In this document: piece after piece, positions 1 to 10,499 of the stretch | How the letters are laid out: every line of letters starts with the position of its first letter | How positions within the stretch are numbered: position 1 is the first letter of the stretch | NCBI GenBank assembly: GCA_918797485.1 | Contig: CAKKNE010000001.1 | Location: forward strand, 3,348,001-3,412,000 | DNA length: 64,000 bases | Direction of reading: 5' to 3' | From: Pelagomonas calceolata | Lineage: Eukaryota | Notes under the pieces: model-generated | What the model was told of the DNA's origin: nothing | Databases searched by the model: none | What the model saw: only the letters and a program-made list of their open reading frames with translations | Program-made: the position numbers and the translations under genes

Positions 1-1272
1 ATCGCGGAACTTCTCCTCCAATGCCCTGAGCTCCTCGGCCGATTTCGGGGGCGGCGGCGGCGGCGGTGGCGGCGGCGGCGGCAGATGCGGTGGCGATTCA
101 TGGGAGAAGCTATGCAAAGGCACCAGTTCCTTCAAATACGTCGCGTCCTCGTCGCCCTTGCCCCAATTGAAGGGGTTCCGCGTCAGGATCGCTTCACAAC
201 TTGCCTTCATCACCTCCTTGTCGTGGAGCAAGTAGGCGTCGCCGAACTGCGGGCACAAGGTAAAGCCCTGGCGCCGGTCGGGCACCCGCACGATGTGTCC
301 CGTCAATAAATCGCCGGCGCTCGAATGTTTAAGGCCCGAGCAGTGCGTGCCCTGGTACCAGTCGATGCCATTCAGGATATACCTTTCGATGGTCGTGCCT
401 CCCGCTCTTACGCCCGGCGTGAATTCTTTTTTACATGAATATAACTCGTGGCGGTTGTGCTCGAAGGCCCTTCTCGCATCATCTCGGCGGATCCACCAGG
501 TCCAGTCCTGGCGCATGCGATTCAGATCGAACTCAAAGGTGCAGAACGGGCGGAACGGAATGGGCCACATGAGGTCCGCTCTCGCATATAGTATAGCGTC
601 AAACCTAAAACCAGAACGGTTCTCGTGGCGCTTAATCATGTTATAGCATTGGTACCGGTTGTCGAGCTGGCCCTGCAAGGACTTGTAGGCCGCCCACTGG
701 CGCGTGTCCTCCGGTAAAGCGCTTCTATCATTTTCCGAACTTCCATTGATACGAAAATGGCCATAATTCGGGCAGCGCGGCGGCTCGACATGAGCCGTGT
801 CCTTGATGATGACATTGTCTGGCGCTATCTGGAGGTGCCTGAGCCCCTCGTCGACCTCTTCTTTTGTGGCAGTGACGTTCGCCGCTAACCTACAATTCGT
901 GACGCACTGGCCCCCGTCCCGAATCGTGCCTCTATCATCCCCCAGTTTCAGGTAGGCGAAGGGGACCACAATGCCGCCGAGCGCGTCGATCACGTTGGCT
1001 TTAAGTGTGCGATACACCACAGGGTGGCCGAAGGTCCGCGCCGCGCCGCCGACGCACACGGCCGTGCGCTTCGGCTTCACGCCGGCGCAGACCAGATTAG
1101 GCACGGAGAACCGCGCGTGGTCCGGGAGGGCCAGTGCCTTCTCGCGCTGCGCCGCCTCCTGCTTTTTTAAGTCGGCCTCGGCCTCGGGCACGAGGTTGAC
1201 TTCCTGCAGCGTGCGGTACTCCGCGTTGCCGAGGGAGAGGGCCAGCAGCAGCGGCGCGCGCATCCACGCCAT
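1..1272 (-). CDS. Secreted/Golgi protein, putative glycosyltransferase-like; 3' end runs off the window
   Basis: Open frame read by hand (absent from the ORF track because it has no stop in the window): MAWMRAPLLLALSLGNAE... signal peptide; AVCVGGAARTF...YRTLKANV and CYNMIKRHE...FRFDAILYARADL motifs; poly-Pro tract near 47-83. Confidence 0.6.
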   Translation of the reverse strand, partial: MAWMRAPLLLALSLGNAEYRTLQEVNLVPEAEADLKKQEAAQREKALALPDHARFSVPNLVCAGVKPKRTAVCVGGAARTFGHPVVYRTLKANVIDALGGIVVPFAYLKLGDDRGTIRDGGQCVTNCRLAANVTATKEEVDEGLRHLQIAPDNVIIKDTAHVEPPRCPNYGHFRINGSSENDRSALPEDTRQWAAYKSLQGQLDNRYQCYNMIKRHENRSGFRFDAILYARADLMWPIPFRPFCTFEFDLNRMRQDWTWWIRRDDARRAFEHNRHELYSCKKEFTPGVRAGGTTIERYILNGIDWYQGTHCSGLKHSSAGDLLTGHIVRVPDRRQGFTLCPQFGDAYLLHDKEVMKASCEAILTRNPFNWGKGDEDATYLKELVPLHSFSHESPPHLPPPPPPPPPPPPKSAEELRALEEKFRD

Positions 1273-1439
1273 CGTCGCGTCGACGGCGTGGGGCTGGCAC
1301 CAGCTTATGGGCAGCCGCGGCTAAGAGGTGCCTTGGGGGCAGCCCGCTACTGCTGGTGCGATAGCCCACTATTGCTGGTAAGATGCTTGAGGCAGCGTTG
1401 TGGAATGCTTCGGCAGCCGACGCATGCGCAAAAAGCTTG

Positions 1440-1461
1440 CTAGTGTCTTACAGCACGCTAG
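1440..1461 (-). promoter_or_regulatory. Double-CTAG upstream motif (reverse complement CTAGCGTGCTGTAAGACACTAG)
   Basis: Match to recurrent motif; in the divergent intergenic region between starts at 1272 and 1718. Confidence 0.6.
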
Positions 1462-1717
1462 GCGCCGCAGCCGCAGAGGTGCCGCACGCCTGCCGTCGCG
1501 ACGCGGCGCAGCAGTCCACACCTCGGGTGACTCGATCTGTGCAACCGCGGGTGAAAGCACTGCTCAATTCGCCGTGGAAGGCGTAGAGAGCAGGGGGCCC
1601 AAAAACTCACTTGCCCGTAGCGGTGCGAGATCGCGTCGCTGGAACCGCAGCGATCGCAGCAAGCCGCACGGCTCAGCGACAAAGAATTTCGCCAGCGGGC
1701 GTGGCATTTGGAGCGCG

Positions 1718-2398
1718 ATGCTCGTCCTCGTCCTCGTCGCGCCCGCCCTCGCCGGCACGCAGTTCTGGCCGCGGCGCCCTTCACCACTAAAACTGCAGCG
1801 CTTCATCGCGCGGCACGCCACGGCGCGACCGAACGCGCCCGACGTCATCAAGAGCACCGAGCCCGGCCGGGATAATGGGGAGGTGCCCCGCGGCTGCCAC
1901 GCGCGGCGTCTGGAGAGAGTCATACCAGGAGGCGACTACGCGAGAGCGAAGGCCTGCGTATTGGCTTGGGGCGGCGAACCTGACAAGAAGGCGACGTCCT
2001 TCGTTTGTGTGGTAGAGGGCCGGGAGGGCCGGAGCGGCGGCGTTTTACAGATGGCGACGGTCGCGCGGGCGTACGGCCGCGTGGCGTGGGTCGTGAACCC
2101 CGTCCGGGAGTCCTACGCCGTCGACGTGAATAAGGCGGTTCCGGCCGATCCGGCGTGGAAGCGCCTCCCTTCGGGAAGACGCTACGCGTGCGCGGCCTAC
2201 ACGACGTTAGGAAGGCACCTCCTCGCGGGCGAGGAGCGGCTGAGCGTCGTCGATCAAGGCGACTCAATAATCGTGGACATCCTGTCCGTGAGCCGCGGTC
2301 GAGGATTTGGAAGACTTATCTTCCCATTCATAGGGCCGATGCAGCGGCGGTTCTTCCGCGCGCAGCTCGACGTCGTCGAGGCCGCGTGTTTAAGTTGA
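1718..2398 (+). CDS. DUF1990 (UPF0548) family protein with signal peptide
   Basis: YTTLGRHLLAGEERLSV and ILSVSR...IGPMQRRF motifs; hydrophobic N-terminus MLVLVLVAPALAG. Confidence 0.7.
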   Translation: MLVLVLVAPALAGTQFWPRRPSPLKLQRFIARHATARPNAPDVIKSTEPGRDNGEVPRGCHARRLERVIPGGDYARAKACVLAWGGEPDKKATSFVCVVEGREGRSGGVLQMATVARAYGRVAWVVNPVRESYAVDVNKAVPADPAWKRLPSGRRYACAAYTTLGRHLLAGEERLSVVDQGDSIIVDILSVSRGRGFGRLIFPFIGPMQRRFFRAQLDVVEAACLS

Positions 2399-2435
2399 AT
2401 TACACATTACAGCGACGTTACGATTTTTCGATTGC

Positions 2436-3482
2436 CTACTTGAGGACCTTGACCATGTTCTTGTGCGTGCTCAGCAACGCTGAGAAGAGCGCACATCCTA
2501 TGAAGACGCCCTCGTGCGCGAATCTGAGCTCGCAGTCGTAGAAAGCTTTCCCCAGGTCCGACACGAACTTGCACATCTCCAGGCGCACCATGGCGCACTT
2601 CCTCCTGAGTTTTGTTAGTTCTGATGGAGAAGCCCCTACACTTCTTGCCAAGTCAAAAACGTGTTTTTCCTTCGTTTCCCTCGCCTTCGTGACGACGACC
2701 TCGACCACCGCCAAAACGAGCTGGCAGTACTCGGCAAACAACATAAATTCTACGGAGAGCGTGCCGGCAGGTAAAAAGCCCATCCGCTCCAGACTACAGA
2801 CGTCTTCGGCCCAATCGGCGCCGAAGTTCGCCCCTATGCGAACCCATAAAAAGAGTTTCATGATACCAGACTGTGAACGCGCTTCATTAACATCTTCGTA
2901 GTGCTTGACCCACCGGCAAAATTTGAAGAAGCGCCGCGCTATACTGGTACTTTTTGATAACGTTTTGAGCTGCTTGGACCAGGGCGTGAGGTCTAAATAA
3001 GATACACCTCTCAAGACATACTGGAGGATCTTCAGGCCCTTCTCTCTGCACTGGGCCGAGTTCGCGATGAGGTTGAGTGTTTTTATACTGAACGCCTTGT
3101 CGGTCAACGGCACTCGTCTTAATACGGTGCCCTTTCGCTTCACCAAGTCCCGGCTGATGGGTCCCACATTGTTCGTTCCTAAGAGTAACACCGCCAGCAG
3201 TACTAGAAAACATACTAAATGTTGATAAGAAGGCCCTTCGAGCGCCGCATTACCTAAAGCGCCGCAGCAGAGCACGAGCGCCGCGTCGACCAGAGAGATG
3301 CCCTGCGGCGGCTTCTGCGCTATTTCCGCTTTGTCGACGGAGCTCGCGCGGTGCCTGACCAACTTCTCTGTGATGGTGTCGAGCTGGTCGAGGCCCGCGC
3401 CGACGGTCTCCTCCCTCTTTAACAGGGAGGGCGGCAGGTCGTCTGTCTTCTTCTCGTCGTTGAGGCAGGTCGTTTCGATCAT
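2436..3482 (-). CDS. PEX11: Peroxisomal biogenesis factor 11 family protein with N-terminal extension
   Basis: REKGLKILQYVLR...LSKSTSIARRFFKF amphipathic PEX11 signature; hydrophobic C-terminus. Confidence 0.75.
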   Translation of the reverse strand: MIETTCLNDEKKTDDLPPSLLKREETVGAGLDQLDTITEKLVRHRASSVDKAEIAQKPPQGISLVDAALVLCCGALGNAALEGPSYQHLVCFLVLLAVLLLGTNNVGPISRDLVKRKGTVLRRVPLTDKAFSIKTLNLIANSAQCREKGLKILQYVLRGVSYLDLTPWSKQLKTLSKSTSIARRFFKFCRWVKHYEDVNEARSQSGIMKLFLWVRIGANFGADWAEDVCSLERMGFLPAGTLSVEFMLFAEYCQLVLAVVEVVVTKARETKEKHVFDLARSVGASPSELTKLRRKCAMVRLEMCKFVSDLGKAFYDCELRFAHEGVFIGCALFSALLSTHKNMVKVLK

Positions 3483-3785
3483 CTTGTTGCTTGTGTGATT
3501 TGCAATCACAGCAATATCCAATCAGGGAGTTTTTGTTGCACAGCGATGCGCCAATGCAAGCGCTGCAAGAGCTGCGTTTCTCACGCACGTATTTGAACCT
3601 GGAGCACTCCTCCACAGCCTCGCTCGCTGCCGATGCCGATGCGACGCAGACGGACGGCGCGTGCGAGGATGACAAGCCACTGCGACCGACGTCCGGGTAC
3701 CCCTCTCGCGGTTGGAGGGACCTATGCACGCCTACACAGAGAAGTAGAAACGGCAAACAAGCGCGCGCGGACGGCTGCTTGTTTT

Positions 3786-3808
3786 CTAGTGTCTTACAGT
3801 CCGCTAGC
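3786..3808 (-). promoter_or_regulatory. Double-CTAG upstream motif (reverse complement GCTAGCGGACTGTAAGACACTAG)
   Basis: Near-perfect consensus, between divergent PEX11 and RBM22. Confidence 0.65.
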
Positions 3809-4042
3809 TAAAAGCACATTGTCGACAAAACGCGCCGCGTGCCGTATAGATCCACAAGAACAGTGCCTCGAACACACCACAGTGCTGCAAACTACCGGGC
3901 GCGCTGCATAAGACAACCGCTGACGCCCCCGCGCCGCCCGGGTAACAGCAAGAGGCCCATTACCTCTCTGCCCCGCAAAGCCGGCGGCGCAACGCGGACG
4001 ACGCGGACCACAGGGAAATCCGCACAAGAACGACCATAAACC

Positions 4043-5416
4043 ATGGCCTCCGGCGGCTACCGCCCCGCCATGGGCGTCGAGCAGCATTTGGCGACGAGCG
4101 TCGCGACGAACGGCGTCCCCGGCCAGAAGACGGAGCTCCAAGTCGGGACCGACTTCCCCATCGTCTGCGAGACGTGCCTGGGCCCGAACCCGTACGTAAG
4201 GATGATCAAGTGTAGATTTGGCGAGAAGCTCTGCAAGGTGTCGAACGTGCCGATGCAAAGTTTTAGGTGGAAGGCCGGGCCGCACGGGCGGTTCAAGGAG
4301 ACGATCGTGTGTAGGGAGGTAGCAGTGGAAAAGAACATCTGCCAGGCGTGTCTGTCGGACATGACGTTTGGCGTTCCTGTGGGTGTTAGGGACGCTCTGT
4401 TACGGGCGGGAGGCGCCCCGGAACACGGCGGCTACGCCGAGGCTCTCTCGAACGCGAACCAGGCCCACTACTATGGGCAAAGGCGAGCGGAGATCGACCA
4501 AGGAGGGGCGCTCGGGAGCGCACAGCGGATGGAGCCTTCCAGGGAGTTATTATCGTTAGCAAGGCAAATCGAATCCGCGAATGCCAAGGCAGGGACCGCG
4601 TTTAGGAACCTACCGAAGATTTGTTCGTTCTGGATGGCCGGCACGTGTACTAGAGTGTCGAAAGGCACATGTCCATTTAGACCCTGTTGTGGCCTGTTCA
4701 AGTTCCCGGAGCTCGCGCGGAACCACCGGGACGAGTGTGCGGCTTTGGTGGAGGACCTGAAAGCAAATGGCCCGGAAAAGGCCATGGCGACCTGTCCGGT
4801 CGAGGTGCGGCAGATGATCAAGGACGCGCTCGGCGGCAACAAGGAAGAAGCAATTCGCAATAGAGCGTCGGGCCGGGACACGGACACGCAGGTCTACATC
4901 AACCGTAGTAAGGAGCAGAAGAAGATCGAAAAGCCCGCCGATCAGTCTGTGACGACGCTGTGGGTCGGCGCGACGGAGGGCGTGACCGAGGCGGATTTAG
5001 TTGATGCGTTCTATAGCTATGGGGAGCTCAAAGCCGTCCGCCTGGCGAACAACTGCGCCTTCGTCGAGTTCGCGGACCGGGAGTCGGCGGAGAGGGCCGC
5101 GGACGCGAAATATCGGAATCTGGTCATCAAGGGGAACTCGCTGCCGCTCGACTGGGCGCGGCCGCGCGGCGGTCCCTCGCAGAAGCGCGATGCGGACGAG
5201 GTGGGCCTGCCCGGCGTGCTCCCGGGCCAACAGGCGCCTGCGCTGCGCCCGGAGCTCGCCGCGGCCTTTGGTCTAGAGGCCCAACAGGGCGCGGCCGGGC
5301 CTCCCCAAAAGAAGGCGCGGCGGCCGCCGCACGCGCCGTACCCGTCCATGGACCCGAACCGGCTCGGGTCGCGGCCGCCCGGGGCGCCGCCGCCGGGGCC
5401 GCCGCGTCGGGGGTAA
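4043..5416 (+). CDS. RBM22: Pre-mRNA splicing factor RBM22/SLT11 (N-terminal zinc-binding domain, CCCH finger, RRM)
   Basis: DFPIVCETCLGPNPYVRM, KNICQAC, RNLPKICSFW...C...CPFR, RRM with TTLWVG and CAFVEF. Confidence 0.95.
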   Translation: MASGGYRPAMGVEQHLATSVATNGVPGQKTELQVGTDFPIVCETCLGPNPYVRMIKCRFGEKLCKVSNVPMQSFRWKAGPHGRFKETIVCREVAVEKNICQACLSDMTFGVPVGVRDALLRAGGAPEHGGYAEALSNANQAHYYGQRRAEIDQGGALGSAQRMEPSRELLSLARQIESANAKAGTAFRNLPKICSFWMAGTCTRVSKGTCPFRPCCGLFKFPELARNHRDECAALVEDLKANGPEKAMATCPVEVRQMIKDALGGNKEEAIRNRASGRDTDTQVYINRSKEQKKIEKPADQSVTTLWVGATEGVTEADLVDAFYSYGELKAVRLANNCAFVEFADRESAERAADAKYRNLVIKGNSLPLDWARPRGGPSQKRDADEVGLPGVLPGQQAPALRPELAAAFGLEAQQGAAGPPQKKARRPPHAPYPSMDPNRLGSRPPGAPPPGPPRRG

Positions 5417-5545
5417 GGGCTCGTTTTCGTGTTTCGCCCGCGGCGACGGCGTGAGCTCCAAACCCCTCCCCTTTGCTCATTGCCGCATCGGCACCGTCCC
5501 TGGGGCGCGGCTTCCAGAGCTTCCGCGCTTAGAAAGCACGCGTGT

Positions 5546-5566
5546 GCTAGCGGCGTAAGACACTAG
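5546..5566 (+). promoter_or_regulatory. Double-CTAG upstream motif GCTAGCGGCGTAAGACACTAG
   Basis: Consensus match about 185 bp upstream of the ATG at 5750. Confidence 0.65.
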
Positions 5567-5749
5567 GCGTCCAAGCATGAGCGCCGCACACGTCGCAGCG
5601 CACTAAAAGGTCTATATTAGGTCGTGTGCCGGCGTAATAATGACGCTGTCGTCGAGCCACAACGTTTAAACCATCGCTGGCGAGCTACAATTGCTCAAAT
5701 AAGCAAGTGCTCTCACTGCTCAGAGAGAGCGGCGTGAACGGACGCAGGG

Positions 5750-6640
5750 ATGGAGGAGTTAGCCGTCCTCGTCGCCTGGCGCCTCGACCCACCGCCCGTG
5801 AATACGCACGTGAGGACTAAGGCCGGCCCGCCGCCGCTCGCGCGCGGGTGCAGCGTGCTCGACGACGAGGACGCCATTTGGGCCGCTGATGAGATGGACG
5901 AGGCGCGCCGACGCGAGGCCAAGGCTATTGTTGAAGCACAGGGCCGAGTGCTGGCACCGTTCTGGGTCGACAAGTACGACCGGGAGGCAAGTAAGGCCTG
6001 GGACCGCTTCTACCGGCGGACGAGCGTGGCGCCGTACAAAGATAGACACTACCTCGACGTAAACTTCCCGGGGGCTTTTGACGCGCCGCGTGGCGTGGCC
6101 CTGGAAGTCGGTTGCGGCTGTGGCAGCGCGGCGGCGCCGATCCTGCGCGACCATGCTGGGTGGCGCGTCGTCGCGATTGATTTCGCGGCGTCCGCCGTGG
6201 AACGGCTTCGGGCGAGACGGCTGGACCGCGTGGAGGTGGCCCTCTGCGACGTCGTCAAGGACGCGCTGCCCTGCGACGGCGTGGACGTCGTCCTCTGTCT
6301 GTTTGTGTTGTCGAGCATCGCACCCGGCGCATTACCAGGAGTAGTCGCGAAGCTCGGGGCGGCGCTCAAGCCGGGTGGCCGGCTTCTGTTTCGAGATTAC
6401 GGCCGCTACGACGCGGCGCAGTTGCGCTTCGGGAAGGGCCAGAAAGTCGGCGACCACCGGTACGTCAAGGCCGACGGCACGGCTTGCTTCTACTTCGATC
6501 TGGACGACGTTTCTGAATTATTCGCCGGCTTCGACGTCCTCAGTCTGAATCTCGACTGCCGGCAGGAGGCGAACCGCGCGACGAAGACGCGTCGCCGGCG
6601 CGTTTTTGTGGAGGGCGACTTCCGGAAGCGCCGGGACTAG
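5750..6640 (+). CDS. tRNA N3-methylcytidine methyltransferase, METTL2/6 (Trm140) family
   Basis: WDRFY...YKDRHYL, LEVGCGCG SAM motif, LKPGGRLLFRDYGRYD, YVKADGT..FYF. Confidence 0.9.
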   Translation: MEELAVLVAWRLDPPPVNTHVRTKAGPPPLARGCSVLDDEDAIWAADEMDEARRREAKAIVEAQGRVLAPFWVDKYDREASKAWDRFYRRTSVAPYKDRHYLDVNFPGAFDAPRGVALEVGCGCGSAAAPILRDHAGWRVVAIDFAASAVERLRARRLDRVEVALCDVVKDALPCDGVDVVLCLFVLSSIAPGALPGVVAKLGAALKPGGRLLFRDYGRYDAAQLRFGKGQKVGDHRYVKADGTACFYFDLDDVSELFAGFDVLSLNLDCRQEANRATKTRRRRVFVEGDFRKRRD

Positions 6641-6666
6641 CTGTGTGTTTTGTGGTAACTATAAAC

Positions 6667-7728
6667 TCATGTTAACCCCGACAACGCCGCCATGTCGGCG
6701 TCCGCCAGCCGGAACCGCGCGACGTCGAGGAGCTCGGCCGCATGTTGAGGATTGGCCGTCGCCGACACGGCGCCGACGCGCTGCTGGACGAGCCACCGCA
6801 TTGCGACTTGCGCCGGCGTCCTCCCATACTTCTCGGCGATGCGTCGGACCTCGCGCCGCCCGAGCACGTCGACGTTCGACACGCCGCCCAAAGGCGAATA
6901 GGCCTGGAAAACGATTCCTGCACGATGAGCGAGCTCCAGCGTCTCGTCCGTCGAACCATACAACCGCGAACCCTCCAAACAAGCGTTTCCTACGCCGTCG
7001 TGCGATGCGGGATGACCCGCCACCGAGAACGCGTTCTGCACGACGGCGGGCCGCGCCCCAGCCTTGCCTAGAGAAGGCGCCTCGACGGCGTCGAGCAGCG
7101 CTTGGAGCAACGACGCGTTGAAATTCGAAACACCAATGGCCCGCGTTAAGCCCCGGTCCCGCGCGTCGACGAGTACTTTATACGCTCGCAACGTGTCCTC
7201 GAACCTCGAACAGGGAAAATGCAACAGGGCCAGATCCACAAAGCCGCACGACGTCGACCGGGCGTAGCCGTGGCTCTTCCGATGCGCAAATCTTGCCGGA
7301 GGGCATCCGAGGCCCATCAACTCTATAGAGTGGTTCAGCTGCGCGGCCGGGTCGTAGGCGCTCACGTCATTCGACGAGGTACAAAACTTGTTGCAGCGCA
7401 GCGTCGGGCAGCAGGCGACTTTCGTGGTGATGAAGAGGTCGCCTCTGTTGATATTGCTCCGTCGTATGGCCTCTCCAATAGACTTTTGCTGGTCGTCTCC
7501 ATATATAAATGCGGTGTCGATGTGCCGCCCGCCGGCGTCGAGCCATACGCTGTGGTTGGCGTTGATGCCGTTTGCTAACAAAGGCATGGAGATGGACGTC
7601 GGGCGGGGATGAGGCTGCGTATAGGCACCAGGCGCCAGGAGAATGCGCGTCGCCGACTCGCGGCGCCAGCGCCGCGCGCCGTGCAGGAAGGTAGCGCCCG
7701 TTATGATGAGCGCGCCGATGACGAGCAT
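6667..7728 (-). CDS. Aldo/keto reductase with N-terminal hydrophobic segment
   Basis: GGRHIDTAFIYG, LFITTKV, VDLALLHFP, AIGVSNF, QAYSPLG, TPAQVAMRW; catalytic D/Y/K/H present. Confidence 0.9.
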   Translation of the reverse strand: MLVIGALIITGATFLHGARRWRRESATRILLAPGAYTQPHPRPTSISMPLLANGINANHSVWLDAGGRHIDTAFIYGDDQQKSIGEAIRRSNINRGDLFITTKVACCPTLRCNKFCTSSNDVSAYDPAAQLNHSIELMGLGCPPARFAHRKSHGYARSTSCGFVDLALLHFPCSRFEDTLRAYKVLVDARDRGLTRAIGVSNFNASLLQALLDAVEAPSLGKAGARPAVVQNAFSVAGHPASHDGVGNACLEGSRLYGSTDETLELAHRAGIVFQAYSPLGGVSNVDVLGRREVRRIAEKYGRTPAQVAMRWLVQQRVGAVSATANPQHAAELLDVARFRLADADMAALSGLT

Positions 7729-7936
7729 CGTGCTGTGCTGAGCGGTCAGGTGCTTACTGATACGCGCTGATGGCGTCTCGCAGAGCAAGCTCTCACAGAG
7801 TTGATGCTCGCAGTTGTCTAAGGACGCAAATTGCGCTCGGACTGCGTCAGGCACAGTGTAATTGCAGCGTAATTGCAACCAGCACACGCAAGAGTTGCGC
7901 AGTCGACTGTGCTCTCATCACGAGCGGGCTCTGTCG

Positions 7937-7988
7937 CACGCTAGGTAAGAGCTCTAGGGTTCACGCTAGGTAAGAGCTCTAGGGTTCA
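7937..7988 (+). repeat. Perfect 25-bp tandem duplication CACGCTAGGTAAGAGCTCTAGGGTT x2 (variant of the double-CTAG motif)
   Basis: Two identical units at 7937-7961 and 7962-7986, in a divergent intergenic region. Confidence 0.9.
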
Positions 7989-8203
7989 AGGTTTCATAGA
8001 CCTATCCCAGTCGCACACCCCTCCGCCGAGGCACAGACCCCTCGGGAAGCGCGACTTCGGAGGCACCAAAAACCGGAGAGCGCTGTGGCCCAGCATCGCG
8101 CCAAGCGCCCAGCGCCCCACAAGGGCACCGCCGGGGCGCGTCAGCCGGTCCGCGCTCTCCAATCGTTGTCGACCGCGCGCGTGCAGGGTTTTCCCAGGCC
8201 GCC

Positions 8204-9148
8204 ATGGCCCGCGGAGCACAAAGCGAGGCTGCCCCGGCCAGCATGGGCCCGCCGACGGTGCTCCTGGCCGCCGACGGCGAACCGGGCCCTTACAAAGGGC
8301 CCGACGGCCAGACCTGGCTGCCCAACGACCTGCCCGCAGAGAGCGCATACAATGGGCCCGTCACGGGCAACGAGAAACCGATCATTAGCGAGCTCTGCAC
8401 CGGCAATAGTCAATGGGACGCGCCCGCGCCGGCGCCCTACCTCGATGCCGAGCCGTCCACCATAAGCTACCGCCCGGCCACCTCACCCTTCGAACGGAGA
8501 AGAGCCCCGAAGGGCTTCGGGGCCTCGATGACCATGGCGCCCGTGCACCGGTCGCAAGTCTCAAATTATCCGTACGACGAGGAGTGGCGCAATGCGATCA
8601 TGACGACTACGAGTTGGCGGCCGGCGACGACGATCCGACGATCCCCGGCGACGGGGCTCCACCAACTGGAACGGAAGGCCGGGCGCATGCTAGAACGTAG
8701 TAGACGGAACGAGCGGACGCCAAGGAAAGACGCCTTCATACCGAACCGTCGTGAGTTGAGATGGCCGGCGAACGCGACGCGGTTCAACCCGCTATTCGTG
8801 AAGCACGAGTGGGTCGGGCCGAATCCCAATGAACAAGGCCCGCCGCCCTACGCCGCCGATATTGTGAGGATGGCGACGCTGCGGAAGATGCGGGAATTGA
8901 GAGCTCGTGACTCAAGAGCTTTACAGAAAGGAGTGTTCGTGCAACTGCGCGGCGTGCCCCACTCGTGGCTCCAGAAGGGTTATAGGGAATGGACGCACCT
9001 CGACGCCAACTTGTTGGATTCGCTCCAGCCGCCTTCCAAAAATAAACCGCGGGACGAGGGGTCGCTCTATAGTACGGTGGATCGGGCGAACTTGTCGTGC
9101 ATGGAGGCGTCGCTGCGGTCTCCATCGAGGTCGCCCGTCCGAAGCTAG
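8204..9148 (+). CDS. Hypothetical protein
   Basis: 314-aa ORF filling the space between neighbours and ending 16 bp from the convergent gene; no recognised domain; start may be the downstream Met (MGPP). Confidence 0.55.
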   Translation: MARGAQSEAAPASMGPPTVLLAADGEPGPYKGPDGQTWLPNDLPAESAYNGPVTGNEKPIISELCTGNSQWDAPAPAPYLDAEPSTISYRPATSPFERRRAPKGFGASMTMAPVHRSQVSNYPYDEEWRNAIMTTTSWRPATTIRRSPATGLHQLERKAGRMLERSRRNERTPRKDAFIPNRRELRWPANATRFNPLFVKHEWVGPNPNEQGPPPYAADIVRMATLRKMRELRARDSRALQKGVFVQLRGVPHSWLQKGYREWTHLDANLLDSLQPPSKNKPRDEGSLYSTVDRANLSCMEASLRSPSRSPVRS

Positions 9149-9164
9149 GATTAAGAAGTCTATA

Positions 9165-10499
9165 TTACCGTCGTCTACCGGTATACGACGCGCAGCCGTC
9201 CGTGACGCAGTCGTCGACGAACTGGTAGACCGTGCACACGGGGCAGACGACGAGGACCACCACCGCGAACATCAACGTAGCCGTCGTCGCCGCCACCGAC
9301 ACGGGCTTCTCAGATACCGCACCACCACCGAGCAGCGGCGTCGTCGCCGGCGTCCGCTCGAGCACGGCCGCCCGGTAGGCGAGGCAGGGGATCACGAAGC
9401 ACGACAGCGCGATGGGGACCTCGCCCGTCAGGGCTAATATAAGCTCGAAGACGCAGTCGACGAGCTCGCGCGGAATTATTGCCATGACGGCCAACGGCGC
9501 CGCCAGAAATACTGTGGATGCCGCGTAGTGCACCGAGTCCGACACCTGGAGGTAGTTCAGGTCCGCAACCCTAAAAGCGTAGAGCCTTCCCAATATAAAA
9601 TCGTTCGGGATGTAGAAGCAGAGGTGCATGACGACGCACGCGTAGAGGATTTTGATCGTCGTCAGCGCGTTGTTGAGCGACGTGAGCACGTTCGCGTCGA
9701 CGTCACTGGACGTGGCGGCGCAGCCAGCTAGGCCGGCTATTAACAAAATGGCGCCGGCACCTAATACCGAATGCGCCACGACGCCTCGGCCCTTTGTCGT
9801 ATCCCGGTCCTGGAGGCCCGCGTACATCTCAAAGACGGCGTACTGCATGACCGCCGCGTACAACACATTACCTAGCACGCCGACCGAGGCCACGCCCGAC
9901 GCCGGCGCCGCTGGTATCGCGTGCGGGTTCACAAATGCGGCGATAACCAACGCGAGGCACGTGACGACCGTCAACGCTAACGCAGAACAAGAGGCCACCT
10001 CCAGCTCGCCGTACTCTCTATAAAAACAAAAGGGCGCCGCGAATAACAATACGGTCCAGCACATGAAACCCGGGTACGTCGCGAACAGTACGTAAATGCC
10101 GCCGTCGTGGCGCAGGTCCTGCAGGGCGTCCGCTCCTAAAGCCCCAATCGCGTTGAAATAGCTCATGATCGCGCCCAGACAGATGAGCGCGTTGCAGGCG
10201 TCGTTCACCCGGCGCCACTTGATACCAAGGGCTTTTTCGACGACTTCGGACATGTCGCCCGTGTCGAGGGCGACCGCGCGGCCCGTCTCCAATAACATCA
10301 CACTCGTCAAGTAAGTCGTGAAACAAGTCACGGCCAGCGCTCCTACAAAGAGCGGCCAGCCGGCCGTCTGGACGCAAAACGCCATCGACAAGAAACCGCT
10401 GCCGATCATCGTATTTAATAACAGAATGGAGGAGAGGCCCGCGCCGTGGCGGGGGCGCGGGCGGCGGGGCCGCGCCGGCTCCATGAGGGATTTGTCCAT
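9165..10499 (-). CDS. Amino acid transporter, Aa_trans/SLC38-like
   Basis: LLNTMIGSGFLSMAF motif; about 10-11 hydrophobic helices; CFVIPCLAY. Confidence 0.85.
   Translation of the reverse strand: MDKSLMEPARPRRPRPRHGAGLSSILLLNTMIGSGFLSMAFCVQTAGWPLFVGALAVTCFTTYLTSVMLLETGRAVALDTGDMSEVVEKALGIKWRRVNDACNALICLGAIMSYFNAIGALGADALQDLRHDGGIYVLFATYPGFMCWTVLLFAAPFCFYREYGELEVASCSALALTVVTCLALVIAAFVNPHAIPAAPASGVASVGVLGNVLYAAVMQYAVFEMYAGLQDRDTTKGRGVVAHSVLGAGAILLIAGLAGCAATSSDVDANVLTSLNNALTTIKILYACVVMHLCFYIPNDFILGRLYAFRVADLNYLQVSDSVHYAASTVFLAAPLAVMAIIPRELVDCVFELILALTGEVPIALSCFVIPCLAYRAAVLERTPATTPLLGGGAVSEKPVSVAATTATLMFAVVVLVVCPVCTVYQFVDDCVTDGCASYTGRRR

Noticed and set aside
7245..7310. Possible intron in the aldo/keto reductase (about 20-aa insert CPPARFAHRKSHGYARSTSCG)
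   Set aside because: No GT/GC...AG pair removes it cleanly and there is no introner TIR; treated as a coding loop insertion
7952..7986. TAGGGTT telomere-like words
   Set aside because: Only two copies, embedded in a 25-bp duplication; not a telomeric array
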